Positions 43,931 through 64,000 of a DNA stretch of 64,000 nucleotides are shown in pieces; the first letter of the stretch is position 1; each line of letters begins with the position of its first letter. The DNA is from the human T2T-CHM13v2.0 reference genome, Homo sapiens. The translations under genes and the position numbers were made by a program. Where the stretch lies: NCBI RefSeq assembly GCF_009914755.1, contig NC_060925.1; one strand, 5' to 3'. The notes under the pieces were generated by a model. It did not search any database and was not told the origin of the DNA. It was given only the letters and a program-made list of their open reading frames with translations.

Positions 43931-44415
43931 AGAAGAATACTACTTCAGGGCTCTACATACTCTTGGTAACTCCATCCTTCTCCCGCTCCACTTGTCCATC
44001 AGCTGGAGAAGGGACAGGACCTCAGAGCTCTGCATGTTCATGGAAGACACTAACCCCCCCATGTCACAACTTTCTTTTTTATGTGAGCTCAAGTTTATTT
44101 CAAATAATACAATGTTTATTTGAACATGTTTCTATCTTCCCTTATAATACAATATTATACAAATTGATATTAATACAAATAATATTTGTTAGACACTTGC
44201 CCAGGGCTGAGATTCAGTGGGAGCACTATCCTGGCACGACTGGTTATTTATGACTGACATCCATGCCAGTGCCTGATGTGAAGATGCATGTGCCATATCT
44301 GATGTTGAGTGGTTTGACTACCCTCCCTAAATGTTTCCTAAGTGTAGTGCAACAGTACAACTTCCTTTTCTTTCTTCTGTGACTGAGTGAGATCAACATA
44401 TTTTTTTATTTTTGA

Positions 44416-44631
<216 letters not shown>

Positions 44632-45101
44632 TAAAGCCATCCGCCCGCCTTGGCCTCTCAACATGAACATTTTCCACAGTTAACACTACTGAAACAATAT
44701 TAGAAATATATTAGAACCAAGATATTCAGATATATTGCCATCGATTTATAGTCCCCTTGAAATTACATAGCTCTGCTGTTTCTCTGCATTAGGGGCTCAG
44801 GAGTCCAGCGGTCCTAAGTATACCTTGCAGCCATCTTCCTAAAAGTTCTGACCATGACTGAGGACACTGAGAAGGAGTAAGGAAAGAGTCTGTAGACATT
44901 TCCTCCTTTTTGGGTTGGGGAAACTCCTACAGCTTTTTTTTTTAAAGGATTGCAGTTATACCTTTGCTCATCCCTTTATATTTAGGTCATTTCCTTTTAG
45001 GTGTATCTCTTATATGCTGCATAGACAGGTTTTGCTTTGTGAGCCAATCTATAAATTTTATTCTTTTCATTGCTGACTTAAGCAATTGATGCCATTGATG
45101 A

Positions 45102-45897
<796 letters not shown>

Positions 45898-46233
45898 TGA
45901 GCCGCTGTGCCTGACACCTGTCAAATTATTTTACTGTGTTTATTTACCATGTTTCTTTCACTGTGGGGTCTCTGTCCTTGCTGTTTTGTTTTTCTTTTAA
46001 CTTCTTTTGTTATTTAGGAAGGTTTATATTAATATTTTAATTCTACATTGGATAATTCCTATATCAAAACTATTGTTGACAATCAGTTACAGATGGAACT
46101 TCGTCTACTCTTTCTCCCCTTCTCACTCCTGCTCTTTCTCCCTTTCTCACTCCAGCAGTTGACTAGTCTCATTGAAAAAACAAATTGGGGCCGGCCAGGC
46201 ATGATGGCTCATGCCTGTAATCCCAGCACTTTA

Positions 46234-46624
<391 letters not shown>

Positions 46625-46723
46625 TCACTTTGTTGCCAAAGGCTGGAGTGCAGTGGCGCGGTCTTGGCTTACTGCTACCTCCGCCTCCCAGGTTCAAGCA
46701 ATTCTCCCACCTCAGCCTCCTGA

Positions 46724-47038
<315 letters not shown>

Positions 47039-47258
47039 TAATAACTTTCCTATTGGAGTATAATACAGAAGTGACCAAATCATAAGTGTACTGTTTAAAG
47101 AATTATCTTATAGTTAGTCTGGGCAACATAGCAAAATGCTGTCCCTACAAAAATACAAAAATTAGGCCGGGCATGGTGGCTCATGCCTGTAATCCTAGCA
47201 TTTCAGGAGGCCAAGGCGGGCAGATCATGAGGTCAGGAGATCGAGACCATCCTGGCTA

Positions 47259-47652
<394 letters not shown>

Positions 47653-47918
47653 TTAAAAAAAAAAAAAATTATAGTTACTTGTGTGTTAGTTTTGGGTTTT
47701 TGACCAGCCATGAATATTCCCAAATATACTATTTTCCACTCATTATTTCACAATTGTCTACCAAGTTAAAATGAAGAACTTTGTCAGGTACTCTGCAAAG
47801 GAGGGATGGGCAGAGGGAATATTTCACAAACTTAGGCCAGGGGCCTAAAACATCTCTGGCCTAAGGAAGAGAAGCCTATAAGGATCTTTAATACTTTACC
47901 CTTTAACACTCTGGGTAG

Positions 47919-48044
<126 letters not shown>

Positions 48045-48255
48045 TGAGTGACAGATTTTTAAACTCAGGACTTTGTGCCAGAGTGCTCTGGGAGACTGGG
48101 GGACTGGAAGCTCTTACCAAGACCATAACCCACACAAGAATCTTATGGCTGGAGATCTGCCTAGAGGAGACAGAAATGGGATCATCTCTGGAACATAAAA
48201 ACCCTATTTGAATTAGCTGGGTGTGGAGATGCACACCTGTAGTCCCAGCTACTCA

Positions 48256-48396
<141 letters not shown>

Positions 48397-48755
48397 CTAG
48401 TAGGATATATATACTAGAGTGGGCTGCACAGATTGACTCATGCTATTTCATCCTCAGTACCAGTGAGTAGCACATGTTTGAAAAATAGCTGCTAGAGTAA
48501 GGACTCATTCTATAGCCAGCATAGCAATTTGGTCCATAAACAAGAGCTCAGGGGGTCATTGTAAGGAGACTTCCTAGTGAAGAGCTCATGGAGTAAGGTT
48601 GGGTTGCTATCTGCCTTGAGAGTGACTTTTCAGACAGTGTCATTGTGGAAGGGACTTGAGAGGCAGTCTAACCAGCTACCCATCCTGTAGTAGCCTTCCC
48701 TTATCCATGTTTCCAGCTCCTTATGTTGCTCTTCTACTGCTGGGAAGCTCACTAG

Positions 48756-49061
<306 letters not shown>

Positions 49062-49385
49062 TATCACCCAATCCCTGAAGCAAGAATACAAAGGGTATAC
49101 TCTGTTGGATGCACCAGAAACTGGAAACTGGGACCAGTGGCAGAGATGCACTCTCGGTCCTGTCTCCATCCTGTTCGTGTCTTTCTGCAGTTTTCGGCAA
49201 TAAGAAGTAGAAGATTTGCTGTCCTGCTGTCCAATTGTGGAGCATCAGCAGGTTTCCAACTCACTCATTAACCCCTACCCCATCTCCAGGCCTGTACTAA
49301 AGTTTGCTGCCCGCTTAGGGGCTTAGAAGGAGAAGCCAGTGAGCAGGCTCACACTAAGTTGTAAACATAGGAGAAGCATTTGGCC

Positions 49386-49391
49386 AATAAA
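49386..49391 (+). terminator. NSUN4: Proximal NSUN4 poly(A) signal
   Basis: AATAAA about 325 nt after the stop codon. Confidence 0.6.
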
Positions 49392-52214
49392 GTTGTTGAA
49401 ACTCTATAGACCTGGGGCTGCAGTTGGGGACTTCATGTCAGTGCAAATGCCATTAGTTCCATTTGTACCAGCCAGTTACTGAGCCCCTGTCACCCTTGAA
49501 GTGAGTTCCACCTGACCAGTCTTGAGCAGCCAACAGGCTCAATTAAGCCCGCCTGGTTTTTCCATATGGCTCATGATCTAATTTAAGGAACAAGTAACTA
49601 AAAATGTTAAGCCAGTGCAAAATAATCTGCTTACCTACTCACATTGGAAAAACCCTCTGAGCTGAATAATTCTGGCCATTCCTGCTGTCAACAATACTGC
49701 TGCCCAAATGTGGCTTAGGAGGCTGCTTCTGCCACAAAACCGTCATACTCTTGTGCGTGCCTTGTTCTTTGTTCATTCATCTAGCAGGTATTCCCAGACC
49801 TCGTGTATGACAGGTAGCTAGGGAGCTCTTGGAGATGTAGCAGTTGGGATTGTGGGAGATTACTGGGCTTCCTCATCCTTTAGAATGGTAACTCTCCTTT
49901 TGCTTTCTGAACACCTAGGAATTTCCTGATGTTTTGTTTTGTTGGATTCCAGACTTTTTGTTGTTTCTAGTCTGCAGCTGAGCTCTGGTGCCTGTTCTTT
50001 GGCCCACCCCCTAATCCCTAACTCTTCCCTCAGCATCACAGGGCTTCACTGCACACACTGTGTTCAGGGCAAGATTTCATCATTTACTGACTGCATACTC
50101 GATATGTTGTTTTTGTAACTTTAGCCAAAAGAAAGTAACCTTTAGTGGCAGGGATATAAAAAATTGCTCAGGGTCACTTGCAGATATTTTATTTTTAAAC
50201 TTTTTTTTTTTTTCCTGGAAAACATCCTGTGCAGAAAAGGGTATATAATTTTAGAATACCTGAAGGCTTCTTGGCTTTTCCACTTTCCTTATTCCTCCTC
50301 TTCCTGCCACTCTTTTTGTCCCTTCTGTCTTTCCTGCTCATCCTTATTTGGGTATTAGAGGTGTCAGTTGAGGAGGGACTTTAGCTGAGGTTAAGCCTTC
50401 TTTTGGGATTTGCATTGTAATTGAGGGCCCTGGAAGATCTCTGAGACTCAAAATCAGGTGAAGCTAGGAAGATGGAGCTTTAAGGAGCATGGCTAGTGCT
50501 CTGAGTAGGACCGTAACCGCCTCCGTGCGTGGCATATGGTCCCTGCATGCTGTTCACTCTGTATAGTACTTAGTATTCGCTGAGGCTAAGAGGCCTCAGG
50601 TGCCTGGGCTTCTGCCCTTGGACTCCTGGATATCCAGCCTAGTGCTAATTGAATGCTAAGCAGTGGTAATTCAAAATGAGAGGGTCCCCTGCCTCTAGAG
50701 TCATCATCTAATTGGGGACAGGCAGACCTAGATAAGAAAAGCAGAGAACTACTTTGGAAAACAGTTTATCTGCTGTAATTGAACATTCAGCTACCCTATA
50801 ACCCAGTTAATCCAATACTGGGGATAAATCCTAGAGAAACTCATACATGTACACCAGGAGATGTGTACAAGAATATTCATAGCAACCCTATTCACAAAAG
50901 CAAAAGCCTAGAAATAACCCAGATGCCCATGAGCAAGAGAGTGGACAAGTAAACTGGAATATTCACATAATAGAACATTATACAATTGTCAAATGAACTA
51001 TAATGATACCTAACCATATGGATGAATCTGAGCAATAAAATAATTAAGTGAAAAAAGTTTAATCCCAGAAGAGTAAATGTAGCATGATGCCCTTTCTAAA
51101 TGAAAGGTTTTTTCTTTTCTATGGAGTTATTCTTTACATACAATATAGTTCATAAATTTTAAATATATTGTTTAATAAATTTTGATAATTGTATATAATA
51201 GTATAGTCACCATCAAGATGTAGAAAATAGAAAATAGGCTAGGCACAGTGGCTCACGCCTGTAATCTCAACACTTTGGGAGGCCAAGGTGGGAAGATCAC
51301 TTGATCCCAGGAATTCTAGATCAGCTTGGACAATGTAGTGAGACCTGGTCTTTACCAAAAAAAAAAAAAAAAAAATTAGCTGGGTGCGCTGGCATGTGCC
51401 TGTGGTCCCAGCTACTCAGGAGGCTGAGGCAGGAGGATCACTTGAGCACAGGAGTTTGAGGCTGCAGTGAGCAGCCTGGGCAAGAGAGTGAGACTCCGTT
51501 TTGTGCCACTGCACTCCAGCCAGGGTGACAGAGTGAGACTCTGTCTCAAAAAAAAAAAAAAAAAAAAAGGCATTGGGATTTATAATGTGCTGTTTAAAGT
51601 CTGAAGCTCGGCCAGGTGCGGTGGCTCACGCCTGTAATCCCAAAACTTTGGAAGGCTGAGGCAGGTGGATCACCTGAGGTCAGGAGGAGTTCAAGACCAG
51701 CCTGGCCAACGTGGTGAAACCCCATCTCTATAAAAGTACAAAAGGGCATGATGGCAGGTGCCTGTAATCTCAGCTACTCAGTAGGCTGGAGCGGGAGAAC
51801 TGCTTGAACCTGGGAGGTGGAGGTTTCAGTGAGCCAAGATAGCGCCATTGCACTCCAGCGTGGGCGACAGCAAGAGACTTCATTTCGATAAATAAGTAAA
51901 TAAATAAATAAAGTCTGAAGCTCCACTGGTCACTCCTTTTATTGATTATTTGCAGCTGGTCTAACCAGTTACGTATGTCTGGCTTGATTACATGGCCAGA
52001 GCAACATAAAAGCCCTGCTGGGAACTTCTGATTTGAGCTCTTCCAAAACCAGGATGGATGCCTCACATAGATCATGATGATTCAATCCAAAGGCACTTTG
52101 CAGTGCAGTCCACATGTGCATAAGGACCATGGGGAGCTTGTATTTGGGAATTCTGAGATTCCTGATGTTTACCTACCTAGTCTTTCTCTTGCTGCCCTGT
52201 ATCCTTTGCCTTTA

Positions 52215-52220
52215 AATAAA
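52215..52220 (+). terminator. NSUN4: Candidate distal NSUN4 poly(A) signal (~3.2-kb 3'UTR)
   Basis: AATAAA inside LTR-like sequence; consistent with the recalled ~4.4-kb mRNA. Confidence 0.55.
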
Positions 52221-52284
52221 AATCTTAAGTGATTATGCTCTGTGAAGCCTGGATAATCCTTTCAAATATTTGGTCTTGGAAAAT

Positions 52285-53435
52285 TTTTGCATATATACAT
52301 GGAATCATACAATATGTAGTCTTTGGTGTTTGACTTCTTTGACTTAGTGTAATGTTTTTGAGATTCAGTTTGTTGTGAGTATTAATGTTTTGTTCCTTTT
52401 TATTGCTGAATTGTATTCCATGGTGCAGACATACCACCATGTTGTTTATCTGTTCACCAGTTGATGGACATTTGAGTTGCTTCCAGTTTGGGGCTATTAT
52501 TAGTAATGCTGCCAATACCTTTTGGGCATATAATTTTGTGAGTACGTGTTTTCTTTTCTTTTTTTATTTTTTGAGATGGAGTCTCACTCTTTTGCCCAGG
52601 CTGGAGTGCAATGGTGCAATCTCAGCTCACTGCAACCCCCGCCTCCCAGGTTCAAGCGATTCTTCTGCTGCAGCTTCCTGAGTAGCTGGGATTACAGGCA
52701 CCCACCACCATGCCTGGTTAATTTCTTTGTATTTTTAGTAGAAACGGGGTTTCGCCATGTTGGCCAGGCTGGTCTCGAACTCCTGACCTCAGATGATCCA
52801 CCTACCTCGGCCTCCCAAAGTGCTAGGATTACAGGTGTGAACCACTGTGCCCAGCCCATGTTTTCTTCTGAGTAAATACTTAGGGGTAGAATTGCTAGGT
52901 CATATGGTAAATGTATGTTTAACTTTATAAGGTACCACCATACTGTTTTCCAAAGTGGATCTACCATTTTGCATGGCCATCAGCAATGTATGAGAGGTCC
53001 ATTTGCTCCACATCTTAGTACTAACACTTAGGATTATCAACGTTAAACTTTATTGTAGTGGGCCGGGCAGTGTGGCTTATGTCTGTAATCCCAGTACTTT
53101 GGGAGGCCGAGGCGGGCGGATCACTTAAGGTCAGGAGTTCAAGACCAGCCTGGCTAACATGGGAAAACCCCGTCTGTACTAAAAATGCAAAAATTAGCCG
53201 GGTGTGGTGGCACATACCTGTGATTCCAGCTACTTGGGAGACTAAGGCATGAGAATCACTTGCACCCAGGAGGTAGAGGTTGCAGTGAGCTGGGATTGCA
53301 CCACTGTACTCCAGCCTGGGCAACAGAGGGAGACTCTGTCTCAAAAATAAATAATAAATAAAAACTTCATTCTAGTGGATGTATCTTGATACCTCGTTGT
53401 GGTCCTAATTTGCATTTCTCTAATGAGTAGTGATG
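52285..53435 (-). mobile_element. Old L1 3' fragment, antisense, with Alus
   Basis: ggaatcatacaatatgtagtc...gttgatggacatttgagttgcttccagtttggggctatt...gaattgctaggtcatatggtaa. Confidence 0.8.
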
Positions 53436-53691
53436 CTATAAAATTAAATACAATTAAGAATTTAAAAACATGTAAAAAGAACATGTATGCAGTAAAACCA
53501 TGTAAGAAGGAAAGAATGGTTCTCACTATGGAATTCAGTATAATGGTTCTTAGAGGTAGGGGGATAGGATGGGGCTGGAGGGAACATAAAGTTAGATTAT
53601 TGTTAAGGCTCTAGCTTTTATGTTTGGTGCTTATTGAATTATTAAAAGCAGCTAAGTTAATAAAAAGTTATACATAAAAATTTGTTATTCA

Positions 53692-53991
<300 letters not shown>

Positions 53992-54734
53992 TTAATGTAG
54001 GAGGGATCATATTGAGAGACCTGGAAGCTTAGCAGTATTGCCTCAGTCTTGTTCATGAGCTCCTCTTTCCTTGTGATTTGCAACAGTTGAACCACAGCAG
54101 AGGGTCAGGTATTGGGGCAGTTATGGGTCAATATACATTGATAGCTTGGATCTATGGTTTTCACCTTTTAGGAGTCACAAATCTGTTTGAGAGACTGGTA
54201 AAAGCTTTGGCCGTTCTCAGAAAAATAAAGACAAAAAACACCATAGCATTTTACATATAATTTCAGGGGCTTTGGTACTTCCTAAGGCCTATCTCCCCCA
54301 AGTTAAGAACCTTTGGATTAGAAGATCTCAGATTTGAGGGTCTTTAGTGGAAGGCAAGGGGGTCAAGCAGAGACCCCAGTAACAACTCAAATCACCACTC
54401 TCACCCCTGCCAATCTGCCCTTCTTCCCATCTGCATTCTTCATCTCCAAACTTAACACCACCCTTTACCCTGCTGCCCATGCCAGAAACTGCAGCTATCC
54501 TTGATGCAGTGACAGTAATCACTACTGTATATCGAACGTACCTGAGCCAGGCCCATGTGAAAAAAGCATTGTTTTACTTACATCATTGTTTCTTACTTTC
54601 ACAGAAACCCTGGGATATGCTCTTTTTTGTTGTTGCCTATTTATTATAAAACTTTGAAAGAGTTATTCGTTAATTTGAACATTTTCATCCATTTTGTGGC
54701 TTTTCTTTGCACTATTTTTATGGTGTGTTTTTAT

Positions 54735-54900
54735 TGCAGGGCAGGCAAGCCTCAAAACTGGGGCTTAGCCTGGGAGAAAGCCAGGAAAGAATTCAAGGGC
54801 AAGCTAGTGGTGTTAGACAGCAATCTTTTATTGAACAGTACTGCTCCTTGCAGAGTAAGGCTAACTCATAGGCAGCAAATCCAGAGTCAGCTGATATACT
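54735..54900 (-). mobile_element. MER41-related LTR 3' fragment
   Basis: Reverse-complement similarity to 21495-21599 (ccaggaaagaattcaagggcaagctagtggtgttagacagcaa). Confidence 0.65.
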
Positions 54901-54908
54901 CTTTTTAG

Positions 54909-55103
<195 letters not shown>

Positions 55104-55464
55104 TGAGTAGCTGGGACTACAGGCACATGCCACCGCGCCTGGCTAATTTCTGTATTTTTAGTAGAGATGGGGTTTCGCCATGTTGCCCAGGCTGGTCTTG
55201 AACTCTTGAGCTCAAGTGATCAGCCTGCCTTGGCCTCCCAAAGTGCTAGGATTACAGGCATGAGCCACTGCGCCCAGCCACAATCTGAAATTCCTTTCTT
55301 GAAATGTCGCTTATATTTCTCTCCTTCCTAGCATTCCTACCTTAGGTAGGGCCTTATCATTTCTCACTGATCAAAGGCAGTAGCCTCAAAACTCATTTCT
55401 ATTACTCCAATCAGCCCTAAATTCTTCCATTCTCCCCCATCCTCTCATGCCACCCCTTATCTGT

Positions 55465-55885
55465 TGTGTGATCGCCGATCACAATAATTCCTCCCATCCT
55501 GTCCCAGTACAATGTGACTTTGCTGCTTCTGTCATTAAGAGATGGAGTCTGTTTCCCCACCTCTTGAATCTGGGCTGATCTTATGATTTGTTTTGACCAG
55601 TAAAGTCTGGTGGAAGGGATGCTGTGCAACTTCTGCATGTAGGCCTCAAGAAGCCTCGCAACTTCCACGCTCATTTTGGAGCTCTTCTGCGGCTCTGTGA
55701 AGAAGCCTGGACCAACCTGCTGGAGACATGTGCTGGAAGCTGTCTTAGACCTCCTAAGCTCAGTTAAACGGTTAGGTGACCCAAACAGCATGAGTGACCC
55801 CAGCCAAGACCAACCTAAATCGCTGACCTCCAGAATCATGAACAAATAAAGTAGTGGTTGTTTTAAGCCAGTAAGTTTTGGAAAT
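55465..55885 (+). mobile_element. MLT1-type MaLR LTR
   Basis: atgtgactttgctgct...agatggagtctgtttccccacctcttgaatctgggctg...aataaagtagtggttgttttaagccagtaagttttgg. Confidence 0.75.
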
Positions 55886-55960
55886 GGTTAAGTAAATTTA
55901 AATAAAATTTTAACATATGTCATTTGTGTTAGTAAGTAACACAAATCTGAGTGTCATTCA

Positions 55961-56185
<225 letters not shown>

Positions 56186-56519
56186 TTATCTGTGTCTGTC
56201 ATGCCTTGCTGCTCCCCTTTTGCACAAATTCTTTGTCTATCCATGCATAGCATACCCCAATGCTTCTGGGTCAGGACAAATTGTCTCCTCTGTCTAAATG
56301 CCTTTTCCCTTGTGCTTTCTTGCTAGCTCAAATGTCCACCCCTCTGGAAGCTTTCTCTAATCCTTCTAAAGCTGGGTTGATCCTCTTCTGTGCTCCCCAA
56401 CCTTCTCTATAATACAATGAATATAGCACTTTCCATGGCCACTTTTTCTTCTTTACCCATCTCCAAACTAGGAATTGTTAGGGACAGTAAGCTGGTATTT
56501 ATTTTTGCATCCCTAACCC

Positions 56520-57110
56520 CCAAGTACCAACATGCTTAGTACCTATTTGGTAGTTAGTATATATTTGAGTACCTCCTATGTGCTAGGCTTAACTGTAGAC
56601 GCTAGAGTGGTGAACAGAGCAGAAAAAAGTCCTTGTTCTCATGGGATGTACAATCTAGTGGGCAAGATAGACAAGTAATTACAAGTAAATTACAAGCAAT
56701 TACAATTAGTTATAAGTAAATTATGAGTGAGCCAAGTACTGAGAGAAATGTAAAGTGCATATACCTGAGGGACCTAACCTCGCCTGGAGGAAGAGATGTT
56801 TAAACAGAGCTGAAGATAAAGAGGAGTTAAATTAGTGAGGCAGAGGAGGATGTTGGGAGTGCCCTAGCAGAGGGAACAGTTCGTGTGAATGTGAAGTCAG
56901 GAAAGAGGACATTCTAGATTCTGAAAGAGGTCCAGTATCCTGCAGTGTAAGGAGAAAGGAATGGTTGTGAAACACAAGGCTGGAGAAGCAGGCAGAAGCC
57001 AACCTACAACAGGGCTTTCTGGGCCACTTGAAGGAATAGGTATTCCATCCTGAGTAACTGGAAGCCATTGTCGGAGTTTTAAGGTGGAAAATGATCTGAT
57101 CAGATTTCAT
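56520..57110. mobile_element. L2 fragment
   Basis: tatttgagtacctcctatgtgctagg...ggaagccattgtcggagttttaag...tgatctgatcagattt. Confidence 0.65.
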
Positions 57111-57759
57111 GGGCCCCCCAGTGGGAATATGATTATCAGAATTTACTGAATGAGGAAGTTAAATAACTGGCTCTACAGAAATTGCTTCTGAAAGTCAGTC
57201 CTGTCCTTAAGTTTACTCAGCCTTATCTCTCTGAGTAAATGGGAACTTTTGAGCTCCAAGCTGTTCAGACCATATTTTGAGGTGACACTTTAGGAGGTGT
57301 ACTGGCTGAAGAGGGTGACTGGGATGGAGAGGAAACTGAAAGTCTCATTCTGGGGAGAACTGGGGGAATTGGGAGTATTTCGCCAGGAGAAAGACAGACT
57401 TAGGGAAGAGAGATGTTGTCTCCAACTAGGACTGTTCTGAGGCAGGGGAAGCAGATGTGTTTTGAGTATCCCCAGGGGCAGAGCTGGGACCAGTAGAAGG
57501 AAGTTGTAGTGAGCCAGACTGTAGGTTAGCATACGAAACCTTTCAATGAGTGTTTTCTGAATTATCGCTCACAACCATGAATCATTAGTGGTCATGAAGT
57601 CAATTTGTGGGTATGATAAGCCTTAGGACTTCTCACAAAGGAGTACTTAGTTACTCCTTCTCTTGGACATGTAGTAGGCTTGCCTTCCCCACTCCCTCTG
57701 CAGGTAGGCATAGCCACGTGACTTGCTTTAGCCAATGAAATGTGCACAGAGGTGCTGTC

Positions 57760-58175
57760 TTTTTTTTTTTTTTTTTTTCCAGATTCATTTCACTTTTGTT
57801 ATGAACAAACACAATCTCAGATCAGTATAACTAACTTCAGAGTTGATATTAATAGAAATTATTCCAAAATTATTCTTAGGTCACAAATTACTAGTATGCC
57901 ACATAAAAAGGGAAAAATCCCACCTCATCAAAGAAAAGGTGTCCTGTGTATGTTTCCATGGGAATGAGTTTAAGCATTCTCAAATTTTCTCCGGCTAGTT
58001 ATCCACCACTTCTCCAATGGATTCATTCAGTCTCTTAGAGAACCATATAGACTAATGATAGCTTCCGGGACACACAGACAGATCAAGTTCATGGTGGACA
58101 TTGTTATTATAAAAAATACTCAGGTCTTGAGAATTCCTTTGCTGAAGGATCCCAAAATGCTTTATAAAAAGCATT
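57760..58175 (-). pseudogene. Retrocopied mRNA 3' end (3'UTR only), tentatively from SCD
   Basis: T19 tract followed by non-transposon sequence; degenerate poly(A) signal AACAAA about 20 nt from the tail on the minus strand; SCD assignment from memory only. Confidence 0.55.
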
Positions 58176-58430
58176 AGTCATGCCTCAAAACTGCCCTTTG
58201 AGGTAGCTCAGTATTATTATCCCCATTTTAACAGAAGAAAACTGAGGCATATTAGAGTTAAGTGACTTGCCCAGGGTCACATAGCAAGTCAGTGGCACTG
58301 TGGTAGGAGAGGCTCTGTCCTTAACCACCAGCATAACATTGCCACCTTGATTTTTTTTTTTTTTTTTTTGAGACAGAGTCTTGCTTTGTTGCCCAGGCTG
58401 GAGTGCAGTGGTCTGATCGTGGCTCACTGA

Positions 58431-58757
<327 letters not shown>

Positions 58758-58954
58758 TGATCCGCCCACCTCGGCCTCCCAAAGTTCTGTGATTATGGGC
58801 GTGAGCCACCGTGCTCAGCCTAATTTTTGTATTTTTAGTAGAGACGGGGTTTCACCATGTTGGTCAGGCTTGTCTCAAACTCCTGACTTCGTGATCCCCC
58901 CGCCTCGGCCTCCCAACAATCTGGGATTACAGGTGTGAGCCACCGCGCCTGACC

Positions 58955-61063
<2,109 letters not shown>

Positions 61064-61064
61064 C

Positions 61065-63760
<2,696 letters not shown>

Positions 63761-63924
63761 TAGATAATAGATTAGTCTGTCTCTCTAAAAAAAAATTAAA
63801 GGAACCACAACAAGCAAGTTAATAAATTAGATGGCCACCTTTAAATGAAAGGATAGAATAGAAAACACGTGCATCACACATAGTAAAGGTAAGTATTATA
63901 TTATGAAGCATTTGCTTTAGAGAG

Positions 63925-63926
<2 letters not shown>

Positions 63927-63959
<33 letters not shown>
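63927..63959 (+). repeat. (TG)16 microsatellite
   Basis: Pure TG run. Confidence 0.95.
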
Positions 63960-63962
<3 letters not shown>

Positions 63963-64000
63963 GAAACACACTTACTAGGTTTTTTTTTTGAGATGGAGTC

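Noticed and set aside
51238-51912. Inverted-Alu hairpin in the NSUN4 3'UTR
   Set aside because: Both Alus are sense-oriented; the nearest antisense Alu (~52563) lies beyond the candidate poly(A) site
55417-55845. 142-aa minus-strand ORF
   Set aside because: Lies within an MLT1 LTR; chance ORF

Overview
Human or closely related ape genomic DNA, extremely Alu-rich, matching the UQCRH–NSUN4 locus. It holds the last coding exon of UQCRH (3769-3801) and the complete six-exon NSUN4 gene (mitochondrial 12S rRNA m5C methyltransferase; spliced CDS 1155 nt, 384 aa; 28045-49061), both on the + strand. The intergenic interval is a nested stack of retroelements: a HERV-K LTR5 solo LTR, a two-LTR HERV-E/Harlequin-type provirus carrying a second LTR5, MER41-group and MER34-like remnants, and L1. 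The most notable element is a repeat-free, Pro/Ser/Cys-rich reading frame of about 2.5 kb nested in NSUN4 intron 1 (28510-31020). It resembles the mouse sperm protein SHTAP encoded from the Nsun4 locus. Here it is broken by one in-frame TAG and by frameshifts in its C-terminal 12-aa repeat, and it sits behind CRE-like motifs. It looks like a testis gene-within-a-gene that is decaying or truncated in this lineage. Smaller observations include a templated insertion between neighbouring Alus, two LTR5s with a near-identical core, and a 3'UTR-only retrocopy. Repeat family names are from recall, not from a database search.
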